A stretch of 64,000 bases of DNA from Octopus vulgaris. Its lineage: Eukaryota. Positions 39,043-52,239 of the stretch are shown here, one piece after another. Numbering within the stretch: the stretch's first letter is position 1; every line of letters begins with the position of its first letter. The stretch covers positions 94,922,001-94,986,000 of the forward strand of contig OX597824.1 in the NCBI GenBank assembly GCA_951406725.2. The letters are read 5' to 3'. Made by a program: the position numbers and the translations under genes. A model generated the notes under the pieces. That model saw only the letters and a program-made list of their open reading frames with translations. It did not search any database and was not told where the DNA came from.

Positions 39043-40819
39043 TTGATCCTCTCATTACTACGTATGTTTGCAAATATTTTATTAAATATCTGCGACTGCA
39101 TAGCTGTGTTATGTTGGTGTAGACCCATCAAGAATTTGCCGATATTATCCATGCTGTGAGATTTTGGTTTTAGATTTAAATGCGAGTACTTGAGGTTGAT
39201 GTTACAAGAGAGGGACTCCCCTTGTTTAAGTTCCCTTAGATGGATACATTCACCACATCAACAGAAGAAAAGACCTCTTCAAATACTGTCCCCGTGACCC
39301 GGTAAATGCTGGGGTGGGGTATTATTTTCTAAAATAATAAATCTTCATACAGTTAAAATAATCTCACAGATATCGACGGTTAGATTACGTTTGATGCTTT
39401 TTTGCCAACTACTTTGGCACCTCGTTTGTTTTGGGTCCAGTTCTAGCCATGGTTGATCTCTTTCGTAGTCAACCAACCTAGACATCCTTTTCTTGTGTAC
39501 AAAAAACCTGTTTACAAAAGCTTCATAATAAATGTGTTTCTGCTATGTTTGTCTACTCTAGTCTTGTTCTCTCACGCTAATTCACAATGTCATTTTGTTT
39601 ATAAGGAAATGCCCTTCTTTCTCTATATTGTCCAATGTTACACACACACACACTCTCTCTCGTGAAGATATTAAAGACTGCAATCTGTTGTTGGGGAATG
39701 ATGTAGTTTATGATTTCTAGGCATGTCTCCATGAACAGACACGGAAGTTTCTGATGTCACTTAGCCCCAAGCCAATCCCAATTGAGCAGACCTATGTTGA
39801 AAGGCATTATTTCATGTCCCTTATTCCCTGCTTGTTCTTAGGTTGCTATTTCTAGCAGGTCAAGCACTCGTGTAGAGCCACTCACCTTTGTTGGCTCTGC
39901 TAATGGTCAAGTTGGTTACTTACACCAGGACATTTATTGGGAGTTGTGTGTTTGAACCCTCAATCTGCTTCATGTTGCCTGTCTATCTGTGTACATTAAC
40001 ATATTAGTTTTTATGTATGTGTATGTGTATATATATATATATACACACGTCTAACAATTCATTTTGCAAGATTCATATATATGTATATATATAATGTATA
40101 TATATTTAGTGTTGGTCTAAATGCTTGCTAGTGTTCAGTTACAGCTTATTATATTCTGAATTCAAATCCTGAGTTGATTTTGCTATTGTTTCATTGCCTG
40201 AGTTCAGTAACAAGTACCAGTAATAATATTGGGGTCAGTTCAGTCGCCTATGACTTTCCTGTGCATAAATATGGTCTTGTATCTTGTCACCAAAAAAAAA
40301 AGAAGAAAATCACCATGGAAAATGTTATATTAGCATTCTTAATTTATTACACCCTCGTTATTAGGATTTAATTACCTTTCTATCTGCTTTGTGCGTTGTC
40401 CCATTATCAACTGTCAACTGATTCATGCGTCACTTGTCATCTTCCTCCTTAATGGTTCTTAACGAGTTCTGTATTTCGCGATTCTTCAACTACACCCATT
40501 AACAATTCATAATTCAGTCATTTGCTTCTGCTGCAGATCGGTCACAACTCTACATGGGAAAAATTATTGGTTTAAAAAAAAATAAAAAATTTCCAAAAAA
40601 TTACAAATCTAATTCCAGTTGATCTTGGGCAATATTTTTACTCCGTTTCTTGTATATTGGCAAATGTCTGTAAATTCTATAAAGTTTTCTTTCTAACCTT
40701 TACAGTCACAGTTCAAGTTTCATTTGACATTGATCTTAAGATCTGCAAGGTTGACAACAATGACGTTCCAGCCAACCTCACAAATCATAAGATTCGGTCC
40801 TTTTAGTGTCATTGGTTGT

Positions 40820-41030
40820 GGAGGCACGTGGCTTAATGGTTCGGGTGTTGGACTCATCATTACAAGATTGTAGTTTCAATTCCTGGACTGGGCAATGCAT
40901 TGTTTTCCTGAGCAAAAACACTTCGTTTCATGCTACTCCAGTCCACTCAGCTGGAGAAGGGAGTAATCCTACGATGGACTAGCACCCCATCCAGGGAGGA
41001 ATATATATACGCCAGGACTCTGGCCCTATA
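40820..41030 (+). mobile_element. tRNA-derived SINE (family D)
   Basis: ggaggcacgtggcttaatggtt...gtttcaattcc...ccagtccactcagctgg. Confidence 0.7.
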
Positions 41031-41280
41031 CTCCTTAACAGTGTAATGTGGACTGACCAATGACATTAGTTGAATAGTCATTAGCAAGGAAAAAGTCTTG
41101 ATTGTCTTACATTTTTTTCTTTGTTTAATCTTTTAAATTGTTTCCTCCAAAATCCCACTTTTTTTCGTCTTTAAGTAGTTCTTTTTCTTGGTGTTTTTTT
41201 TTTAAATTTCAAAAATCAAAATTTATTTCAATAATTTTTAAAATACCTATGAAAAAAAGTTTAATTTTGATATATTTTGC

Positions 41281-41722
<442 letters not shown>

Positions 41723-44056
41723 TGTATTTGTATTTTCATTTTTGATGACTTTCCATGTTGCCATAACAAAAGAGATGTTGTTATTGGACATGTCTGTTAT
41801 TCATGTGGTGTCCTGGGTCGTTTTTCTGCTATAAATGTAGTTCTTCTAATCAAAGCCTGGACCTCTTTATTATTATTATTATTATTTTTCTTCTTTATTT
41901 GTTTCTGTTACAATAAATTCTTCAAATAATTCAATTGCAGCGGCACACAATCTCTTATTAACAGTTGTTGATTCTGGAAAAAAAATTTTTTAAATTTTAG
42001 TTCTATTCAAACACACACACACACACACACTTACACTCACACATGTATATATACACATAGACACACAAATTTATTCAGTAGGTTTGTAGCTTGCGTTTTG
42101 TGTAGTCTGTACAAAATATACAATCCATGTAAGATGATGTAGCTACACTTCAGTTGTGGTGATGGGAGAGAACCAAAAAAAAAAATAAAATAAAAGAACC
42201 TGTTGATTTTTATAGTTTGTTACTTACTTACCTTCTTGTTGTTTAGTCCTTCCATGATTCACCACCATCATCAATCCATTATCATTGGTTTTGCATAGAT
42301 TTTGTTTATTTTTTCCATGTTGGCATATTTGGGAGAGATTCACATCATAGAAATCCATTTCTTATTATACTTGAAACACCAGCACTGCAGGTTCAATTCT
42401 ACCCTCTGTGCTTCCTTTGTTAACACATTCGGTGGTGTCTCCAACTGTTTATGTAGGTTGGTTGGTGTTTTTTTTTCTCTTCTTTCTTTTTTTTTTTTTC
42501 CTTACAACTAGATGTTCTTCCTATTATTGTTAGCCACTGAAATGATGCAGGTTATCCTAAAAATTAAAAAAAAATTTTTTAAAAGAAGAAAAAAAGAAAC
42601 CCCAGACAGATCAGGTGTATTTATATGAATACAGATCAGGTGTGTTTATCATGAATACTAGAACCGGAGAGGTTCGCTATCCTGGCCTGAGACTTTTCCC
42701 ACCTCATGCTGTAACCCAACAGACCAGGTATGCTTGTTGTGGTTGAGAAAATTCTGTTTTTTTTTTGGTTTTTTGGCTTTTTTTCATCTTTGGAAATTCC
42801 TTTTAAATAATTCATGTCTCCAGATATTCTCATATGTTGTTAGTGCTAGGCTTTTTTTTTTTATATATCTTTTTTAATTAGTGAATTACATATTCACATA
42901 TATTTATATAAGTGCGTGTACATACTTTTTAATGCAGCCCTGTACACACAATACAAATATTCAGTTCTGAGCATACACAGTAAACAAACAAACACACATC
43001 ACTTATGTTAATATAGCAGGAATATACTTAAATATGTCTTTGCTTAAATTTCTTTAAACAAAGACCATATTTACATTCTTTTAGTCTGTTTCTTTGTTTG
43101 TGCCTATGGATGCACAGAGCTGAAACCAACTTTCTTCAGTTCCAATCACATACAATTTAGCTCCAAAGTTGCTGAATAATTTCATCCATTCTTCATATTT
43201 TCTTGAAATTCTGCCATAGAACATATATATTAATTCTATATAAGTATTTCTAGACTTGCTTTAAAACAACATTGGGACAAAGTCCCCACTCCCCACATCA
43301 TTCCTTATATAGAGTCTCTCTGTATGCTCTTTGGTAACTTAAAAGATTTTCATTAAGAAACAGAGACTTGTATAATTTTTGTTTCCCTTTTTGTTTTTTA
43401 ATATTATGTCAGTTTTTATCAGTTCATTAAACCATTACTTCTTACTAGTTTAACGTGTTTTTTTTTGTTATGTTGCACGATATTATGTTCTCCATATCAT
43501 AGGATCATACTGGTTCATGTATGCTTAGCTTTTGTATATACGTGTGTGTATGTGTGCATGCATGCTTGTGTATGTATGTGTGTGTGTACACATTATGATA
43601 CTATATTGTATGATGTCTCACATGTACACAATACTCTTACGATGAGCTCACACATACACATATATTATTGTGTATAACACACTATTCATTCTGCATACTA
43701 TAATGGAAGACACAACAGAAAAAAACAACAGCAAATAAACAAAATATAATCTATAATGTTCAATAAAATCACTATATTGAACACTATAGACCTACCGTTC
43801 CCGATATGTTCAATACCAAACATGTTTATATATTGCACTGATCGCCATAGACAACATACTGTACATAAGTCACTGCTAATTGCAGGGCACCACCTATGTT
43901 GCTTTCTCTGCGTTCAGTGTTGAATAATATCCTCCCCCCAGACACTCTGCTGTTGTTCGTTATTATACTCAGTGTGTTGAAGACCCACACATGCCATTCT
44001 GTTCCCTAGAATTAAAATACGTTGAGTGTCACCCACAGCATCCTAAACCACCCCCT

Positions 44057-44095
<39 letters not shown>

Positions 44096-44317
44096 CAACT
44101 GAATAAGTTGTAGTCAACAAGGAGTACAGTTTGTAATCACTACAATTGTTTCCATGCAATGTAGTTCTTCCTATATAGATATATATATACACGTATGTAT
44201 ATACATGCATGCATATATATATATTGATGGTAAGACAACAAAAGAAAGGAAGAGACCTCGATATTATGTAAATTGAGGAATTTATCTGTAAATATAATAT
44301 GTGACAATTATTCGGAA

Positions 44318-44388
44318 GCCGGATAACTGAAGAGATGGTGGCGTGGATTTCCACCTCGACATCCGAAACTCGGAGTTTTATCTTGGCT
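44318..44388 (+). ncRNA. Minimal hammerhead ribozyme at the apex of inverted repeat 44284-44421
   Basis: gccggataa CTGAAGA gatg...(gtgga tt tccac)...catc c GAAAC tcgga GTT ttatcttggc. Stem I gataa/ttatc continues into a hairpin stem of about 40 bp. Confidence 0.78.
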
Positions 44389-44899
44389 ACCAAATAATTG
44401 TCACATATTACATTTACAGATATATATATATATATAATAATATTAGGGAGTATAACTACAAACTTACAGGGAAAAATTCAATTTAGTATTAAATCAAATT
44501 TCACAATATAAATATATAAAATATGAATTAGAGGTAAAACTGCTATGATGCAACTAATTCATATTTTTTTCATATGTATATATATATATATAATTGAATG
44601 AGTTGGGGTCAACAACAAGGTGTACAGTTGGGCATTAATTTCCAGTTCCTACAATTTTTTTCCACGCAACGTAATTCTCCAAACCTGGAGAACTGTTGTG
44701 TGGAAACAATTGTGATTGCAAATAAATATCTGGCTGTATTCCTTGTTGACTCCAAATTATTATATATTATATTTATATATATATGTATGTATGTATACAA
44801 TTGAAAAATAGGATAAAATCTTTATAAGAATTTATCAAGTAGTTAGCGTGAAAAACCTCATAAGGGAAAAATTTATTAATTATTCCTTTTAAATATATT

Positions 44900-45088
44900 T
44901 ATTTATATTAAGAGCATTACTATACATAAGTGCCTCATGCTAGGAGGGACTCTTAAAGTCAAAACCACCATAATAAATACATTGTACCAAGTACGTTCAG
45001 TACAATGTGTTTATTAGGGTAGTTTTGACTTTAAGAGTCCCTCCGAGCGTGAGGCATTTATGTATAGTAATGCCCTTAATATAAATAT
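44900..45088. repeat. Long imperfect palindrome adjoining (TA)n
   Basis: Arms of about 90 bp, for example gagggactcttaaagtcaaaac / gttttgactttaagagtccctc. Confidence 0.9.
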
Positions 45089-45936
45089 ATATATATATAT
45101 GTGGAGTATGATGTTCTGATACGTGCATTGCATTATTAATAATTTTCTTGCATTATTTCCTTTTGTTTTTAATCACCACAATTGTTTTTGTGGCTTTTTC
45201 CTTCCAACACTTGGAGTTGCAGGGACCGTCCACATCTCATTCATTCCACCACACTTATTACATTAAAATCAAACTCAGTCACATCAATTCATGTATGTAA
45301 GTCAGTATGCAGCTTCATCAGTGACTTTGATGTTGTTTGTGCGAAGTTTTTCACACATTCTTCAAAAAAGGTTTTTTGTTTTTCCTTTTTTTTTTCTTTT
45401 TCTTTTTTTTTTTTGATTTTTGTTGATTCTCCTCTTCTCTTCTCTTTCTTTGTTCTGTAATTCTTGAAATAAACCTTTTTATTATCATTGTTTTTTAAGT
45501 TTTTATTTTCATTTCTTATTTCGTTTTTTTCTTATCCCATCAAAATATAAATGATAGCTAATGTGTGGAAATTCTTGAACTGCTCAAACCATTTGTAAAT
45601 CGGTATTTCCAATGTTTCCATTTTGAAAATAAATTTGAAACACGTAAAATGTTGTGGAATCATAGTTTTTTTCAAACACATCTTGTTTCTGACATATTTT
45701 CTTCTTTCTTTCTTTTTTTTATTATTTCACGTTAAAAAAAAAAAGACCTGCAAATAAAGTATACTTGAAGATTTATTTTAGAAAACATTCAGTTATTGTT
45801 TGGAATTTTTGCTTATTATTTCCTATTTTTGTTTTTAATTTCAATTTTGAAAAATTTATAACCTCTGATAAAATTCGATTAAATTTCAATGCATTCAGGA
45901 ATATTACAGAATAAGGATAGAATATCAGAATTATTG

Positions 45937-46345
45937 TGGAAGCACATAGCCTGATAGTCTCAGGGTATTTGCACCCACAATCTCAAGATTGTGGTTTCAA
46001 TTCCCAGGCTGGGCAGTACATTATGTTCTTGAGAATAACACTTCACTTCATGTTGTTCAAGTCCATTCAGCTGTAAAGTAGAGGCGCATGGCTCAGTGGT
46101 TCAGGTGTTGAACTCCTTATTGTAAGATTGTGGTTTCAATTCCTGGATCAGGCAACACCTTGTATTCTTGTTCACATTGCTCCAGTTCACTCAGCTGGCA
46201 AAAACAAGTAACCCTGTAAGGGACCAGTGTCCTGTCCAGGTGGGGAATTTATACAGCATGGAAACCGGCCCCTATGAGTCGGTATGATACAATGAGGTAA
46301 CTTTACCTTAGCTATAAATGAGTTACTCTCTGATGGACTCAGCCA
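45937..46345 (+). mobile_element. Two nested family D SINEs
   Basis: Head occurs at 45937 and again at 46080; the outer copy resumes at about 46310. Confidence 0.65.
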
Positions 46346-46396
46346 CTTATTACTGCATAGAAACTGGAGAGTTGGTTGAGTCCTAACACTCTAAAC

Positions 46397-46551
46397 CAGT
46401 GATCCTCAACCTTTTTAATATTGGGGCCAGATCCAAAACTTCTATTTACTTTTAGGGGGCCACACCAAAAAGTGAAAACATAAGTCAAACCAATGAAAAA
46501 CTTATATTTATAGAGGCATGTGGCCCTGGGAGCCACAAGTAAAAATTGCTG
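46397..46551. mobile_element. Older hAT MITE
   Basis: Left TIR cagtgatcctcaacc, decayed right TIR; 8-bp TSD ctctaaac / ctctagac. Confidence 0.7.
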
Positions 46552-47899
46552 CTCTAGACAGTACTTATCGTAATTATTAGATTTTTAATTACCACTAATT
46601 AGTACCGTTTCATTTTACAGAGAGTTGATATAGAATGCAACTGAAGAATTACTTAACAAAATTACTATAAATCCAAATCTATAATTTTTTTCTTCTTTGA
46701 AATGTGTGTTTAGTATTTTAAATGAACAAAATGAATGAAAAATTAAAATTTTCACCATTTTCTTCTCACCTTCAATTTCAAAACAAAAAAAAAACATTAA
46801 TTCTTGTTTAACATTTTGTTAGCTTTCTTTTACATAAAGCCTAAAGTTTAATTATAAATTTACTTAAACTAACGAACAGTTCCTTCTTTAACGAACTAAT
46901 TATAGAGTACACACAAATTAAACATGACTTGAGAAATAATTATCTGTACACAATGGCTTTTGTGATAATCAAAATTTTGTAGTAATTAGCATCGTTAAAT
47001 TTCTTTATTTAAACATTCATTTTTGCTTTTAATCTCTTCAATGGCGCTATACTTTATTCAACCAAAGTTATTATTTCACTTATCTCATGTTTTCAGTTTC
47101 TTGTCTCAAAGAATTCATCAAAAATATCCACCAGGTTGACATATCTGTTGTATAACATAACAAATACACTTGATATCAGTTTATCTCTCTCTCTTTCTCT
47201 CTCTCTCTCCTTCACTGGTTGATCTATATTTGTGGTCTCTGTGTGTGTCTGTGTGTCCGTCATAGTTTTCCGTGGTTGCTATTGGATAACTCCAGCCGCT
47301 CCGGTCCGAACCAACCCTTGTCACAGTCAGCTGATTAAATGCTGGGAGACAACCTCAGTCTTGCACCTTGAATATTCCATGCTGGAGCAAAGTAAGATAT
47401 CCCAACATGTCCAACAGGATGGAAATTCATCAACTTCTCAGTGTTTTAATTCGAACCGGTTCCATCTTACGTAACCCTTTTTAAAGATGGTAAGGAATTT
47501 GCCGAGGCTGCTGCATGGTAGAGTGACTCTGTAAAAATCTAGTTTGTGTCGAATTGTGTAAAAGAATGCTATTTCATGATTTATTATCAAAGATTGAGAT
47601 TTTTTTCTTTTTTTTTTTTTTGTCACTTTTTCCTGTCTTCTTTTATGCTTTGTTATTAAAGTTTCTTTTTCAGTAAGAAAACTGAAGTTTGGTGGGGATG
47701 GGGGTGGGGGTTTATTTTTTGATTTTCGATTTTTTTGTTTGTTTTTTTTTTATATGCCAGACTGAACGAAGTCATCCAACTTTTGTCATCTGCAACTTTG
47801 AATAAAAGATGCCAGTGCTATCTTGATTTAAGGACTGTTTTTATCTTAAATGTCTTAATGTGTTGTGTATTTTCACTCAAAAGGAAGATTTTCGTTTTT

Positions 47900-48410
47900 C
47901 AGCTGTGTGGTAAGTAGCTTGCTTACCAACCACACGGTTCCGGGCTCAGACCCACTGCGTGGCACCTTGGTCAAGTGTTTTCTACTATAGCCTCGGGCCG
48001 ACCAAAGCCTTGTGAGTGGATTTGGTAGAAGGAAACTGAAAGAAGCCCGTCGTATATATATATATGTGTACAAACATCATCATCATCATTTAGCGTCCGT
48101 TCTCCATGCTAGCATGGGTTGGACGGTTCAACTGGGAGCTTCACAGACCCCAGTTGAACCGTCCAACCCATGCTAGCATGGAGAACGGACGCTAAATGAT
48201 GATGTTTGTGTCTGTGTTTGTCCCCCTAACATCTCTTGACAACTGAAGGTGGTGTGTTTACGTCCTTGTAACTTAGCGGTTTGGCAAAAGAGATCAATAG
48301 AATAAGTACTAAGCTTCCAAAGAATAAGTCGTGGGGTCGATATGCTTGACTAAAGGCAGTGCTCCAGCATGGCCGCAGTCAAATGACTGAAACCAGTAAA
48401 AGAGTAAAGT
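47900..48410 (+). mobile_element. Family B SINE interrupted by a palindromic RTE-tail insert (48071-48208)
   Basis: SINE halves lie on either side of the insert. Confidence 0.8.
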
Positions 48411-48684
48411 TTTCTTTTTCTATCATTTCAAAAATTGGTAAATCCCAAGGAAGGCATTTGTTAGGATCTCTCCCTCTGCCTGACTGATTGGCAGTTATTT
48501 GATCAACTCCAGGGAGACAAACAGAGAAACCAGCCATAACAGGATTTGGAATTCAGGACATGGAGGGTCAAAACTAAACAATACTAACCCTTCAGTATTT
48601 AATCCAGCCAAAATATTTCACCTGTTTTATGATCAAACTGACCAGATCCTGCTTTTCACACCTACCCTACAATGTCATTATCAT

Positions 48685-49135
48685 CCTTTCTACTATAGGC
48701 ACAAGGCTTGAAATTTTTGGTGGTGGGGGTGCAGTCGATTAGATCAATCCCAGTATGCAACTGGTACTTAGTTTATCGACCCCTAAAGGATGAAAGGCAA
48801 AGTTGACCTCAGCGGAATTTGAACTCAGAACGTAACGGCAGTTGAAATCCCTATTTCGTTACTAACCACAAGGGGCTAAACACAGAGAGGACAAACAAGG
48901 ACATTAAGTCGATTACATCAACCCCAGCGTCTAACTGATACTTATTTAATCAACCCCGAAAGGATGAAAGGCAAAGTCGACCTCAGTGGAATTTGAACTC
49001 AGAACGTAGCGGCAGACGAAATACCCCTAAGCATTTCGCCTGGCGTGCTAACATTTCTGCCAGCTCGCCACCTTGAGCAAAATACCGCTAAGTATTTCGC
49101 CAAGCATGCTAACAATTCTGCCAGCTAAGCGCCTT
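48685..49135 (-). mobile_element. Nested family A SINEs inserted into a TTAA-type MITE (48587-49262)
   Basis: One SINE lies inside another, and the MITE halves rejoin across a duplicated tgtcatta. Confidence 0.72.
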
Positions 49136-49396
49136 ACAGTGTCATTACAGAAATAAACAAATCACATCATCGAAGTTTCAAAGCTATGAGCTAATGCCTG
49201 GTTAATTCGAAACAATGTGAATACATAAGCATTACATTTGACAGAATAATCCAAATGCTAAAAAACGTTCAGACATTTAGTCCATCTCTGCACTGTTTCT
49301 GCCAAACCTGTACACTTCAGTTCTATATTTAAGAGATGAGGAATTATGTACATTATTTACAATTGACGGATATTTCTCCTCATCTTGTTTGTTGTT

Positions 49397-49442
49397 AACA
49401 CAACGTTTCAGCTGATACACCCTCCAGCCATCATCAGGTGTC
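49397..49442 (-). ncRNA. Hammerhead ribozyme, downstream copy of a tandem pair
   Basis: Minus strand: gacac CTGATGA tggctg gagggtgtat cagct GAAAC GTT gtgtt. Canonical core. Confidence 0.75.
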
Positions 49443-49571
49443 TTGGGGAAATTTCGAACCTGAGTTCTCATTCCTAAGGTATTTTTCAATGTTATTATTA
49501 CTTTATTATTATTCTGGTCACTGCCTGGAATCAAACTTGGAATCTTAGGGTTAGTAGCCCGTGCTGTTAAC

Positions 49572-49615
49572 CACAACGTTTCGGCTGATATACCCTCCAG
49601 CTTTCATCAGGTGTC
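49572..49615 (-). ncRNA. Hammerhead ribozyme, upstream copy of a tandem pair
   Basis: Minus strand: gacac CTGATGA aagctg gagggtatat cagcc GAAAC GTT gtg. Confidence 0.72.
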
Positions 49616-51607
49616 TTGGGGGAATTTAAAACCTAGGTTCTCATTCCTAAGGTATTTTTTGATGTCATTATCATTAGAAATATGGTATTTAACGTTGGTG
49701 GAATCATTAGACAAAATGCTTAGTGGCATTTCCTCCCTTTTCTTATATTCTGAGTTCAAGTCCTGTGAAAATCTTTTTTGCTTCTCATCAGTTTAAGGCT
49801 GTGTATGTGTGATTACATGTGAATAAACAATGCTGGTCTTTCCAGTAGCAGATTTGTGCAACAGATGAAAGGGTAAGGGAGATAATTCAAAGAAGCAATG
49901 ACAGCACTTCAACCATTTGGAGAGAGAGAGCTTCATTTGGCGTTTCAGTGCCAAGAAGACAGATCCATTTTCACGAGCCCCACTAAGGGTATGCACTTAG
50001 TTTTTTTTTTAATTATTAAAAAAATAAGGTGTTTACTTTATATACACAAAACTATATAAATTCTTGCAGGAAATTGAGAAGACCTTTTGAGTCAAGTAAA
50101 ACCAATATCATAGCTGGGGTCAGTGCCCCCTAATTGGCTCCCATTCTGGTGGCACATAAAAAGCACCAACTTTATTTAAGGAACACCAGACAAACCACTT
50201 ATAACTGGATACATCTCAGTCAGCAACAAATCCCTACTTGAATAGGCTCTGACACCTCAAAGCTTAACTTAAACAATTTAACAAATTCTAGACGTGGCCT
50301 GGATCGATTTTAACTGAGAAACATCTAAGTTTATACTTGTATATATTACATATATACAACAGGTGAGATTTGTGGAAGATTTTGGCTGCTTTTTCTCACA
50401 GCTTTGAGCAACAAGGAGCACACACACAGGTATACATGCATACATACACACATAGATGCTTACAGGTGTACACCCACAACCACAGTTGTAGCTGGTCGTT
50501 ACATAATAAACAATAAGCATTGATAGATTTTAGGATTTAAAAGTCTCGATACCTTTGAACAGCTTGCAATGACAACAATGGAGCTGATGAGAAAGCCCCT
50601 ATATGGTCTTCCAACATGCTGCAAATAACACCCACATTTCCCTCAAACCACACCCTATCTACCATGTAAGAAAAAGAATAAAGACACGTTAGATAATGTA
50701 ATCCAAGGCACTCCACAATGACTGGCTGGTCACAGCTGGAATGTCTCTGTCAGGCTGGTCACAGCTGGAATGTCTTTGATAATGTCACAGTTGTCCTGAA
50801 GTTATTAACAGCAACAACAAAGAAATTATGATGACATGATATTTTGGAGTGAAATCCATTAAATGTTTTATTTGTTAAATGGTTTCTGACATCGTTAGCT
50901 GTTTATCCACCTGTGCCAGGCCATTGCAGGGTTAATCCATAGCCATTGTTGGTCCTCGTTTCCACCTGAGTGGACTGGATCAATATGACATACACAGCCT
51001 GATCTGAAAATCAAACCACTGGCCTTAAGTTTACAAACCCAATACCCACACAGTCTTCACCTTACAGTCAGGTGATCTGGGTATTTGAAGGGGGTGCTTG
51101 AGCTCTAGTTGTTATTGTTTAACCCCAACTCAATCCTAATCAAATATCCTTTTGATCACAGATGTTGTAGCCATGTCTACCCTGCATTTTTTCTGGGTTA
51201 GATGTCTAGGATTACATCTTTATCCAGCGTGTCTTTTTCATAAGGTAGTAGTGTGACATAAGGAGAGATATCAAGTGACAGCTAAAGACAAAGTTCAGCA
51301 TTGTATCAGGGTATAGATTTCAGAAGGCTCCCCTGATTCAGGTGTCGGCTGTCAGCTCTTCTATCTGCACTCCCTAATATGTTCTTTTATCTGTTTCAGT
51401 CATTTGACTGCTGCCATGCTGGAGCACCGCCCTTAGTAGAACAAATCGACCCCTTATTCTTTGTAAGCCTAGTACTTATTTTATCAGTCTGTTTTGTCAA
51501 ACTGCTAAGTTATGGGTACATAAACACACCACCATCGGTTGTCAAGTGATGGCTGGGAGACAAACACAGACACACAAATACATATACACATACATATATA
51601 TACATAG

Positions 51608-51643
<36 letters not shown>

Positions 51644-51648
<5 letters not shown>

Positions 51649-51947
51649 TCGTCAGAATTTTGAAAAATAATCTTTTTATTTCTTCCTTATTATTAGCGGC
51701 TTTTGTTCCTCTCTAGAACTTGTCAAATACAATTTTGTGAATATACAAGCAGCTTGTTCATTTATATAAAACATGTCTTTGGGGGGTGTTTTGTTTAGAA
51801 GAGAACCCCCCCAAAACATCTGTTTTATATAAAAGTACATTCAAAAAATTCAAAAAATTGTATTTGACAAGTTGTAGAGAAGAACAAAAGCGCTAATAAT
51901 AACAAAGAAATAAAAGGATTTTTTTTTCAAAAATTCTGACGACTTTT
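51644..51947. repeat. Long imperfect palindrome adjoining (TA)n
   Basis: aaaagtcgtcagaattttgaaaaa / tttttcaaaaattctgacgactttt; aacttgtcaaatacaatt / aattgtatttgacaagtt. Confidence 0.9.
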
Positions 51948-52102
51948 TTTCCCTCAATATTCAATTCTGTACATCACACCTAACACTCTATACGTATATA
52001 TATATAACGGGAAGCTTTATGAAAATAAACAAAAGACGAAGGCAGGTGGAGTACAGACAAACAATTGTATTAGTATGGCGCTCAGGAATAGAAATAAAAC
52101 AA

Positions 52103-52142
52103 GTCTTTTACGTTTCGAGCCTACGCTCTTCTACAGAAAGAT
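52103..52142 (-). ncRNA. Hammerhead-like motif (A6U core variant) in a (TA)n-flanked element (about 52005-52213)
   Basis: Minus strand: atcttt CTGTAGA agagc gtag gctc GAAAC GTA aaagac. Perfect stem II gagc/gctc; related to the element at about 10 kb. Confidence 0.6.
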
Positions 52143-52239
52143 ACACAGAAAAGAAACATGGAGAGAAAGAAGGAGAGAGAAAAATTCGTGCAGAAGCTAG
52201 CGAATCAACATGGATATATATATATATATATGACGGGCT

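Larger units (their letters stand above)
49317..49672 (-). mobile_element. Non-autonomous retroelement with tRNA-like head and tandem HHR-bearing direct repeats (retrozyme / Penelope-dependent SINE candidate)
   Basis: Direct repeats of about 95 bp (49401-49495 and 49574-49670), each with an HHR. Between them is a tRNA-like segment gtggttaacagcacgggctactaaccctaagattccaagtttgattccaggcagtg (partial A box, B-box-like GTTTGATTCC). Confidence 0.65.

Noticed and set aside
40430-40490. Minus-strand frame LKNREIQNSLRTIKEEDDK*
   Set aside because: Weak acceptor with no pyrimidine tract and no partner exons found.
47274-47291. RFX X-box-like gttgctattggataac
   Set aside because: Spacer and half-site deviate from consensus, and no linked TSS is evident.
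49519-49575. tRNA gene
   Set aside because: No complete acceptor stem or 5' half; it is a repeat head, as are the other SINE heads.
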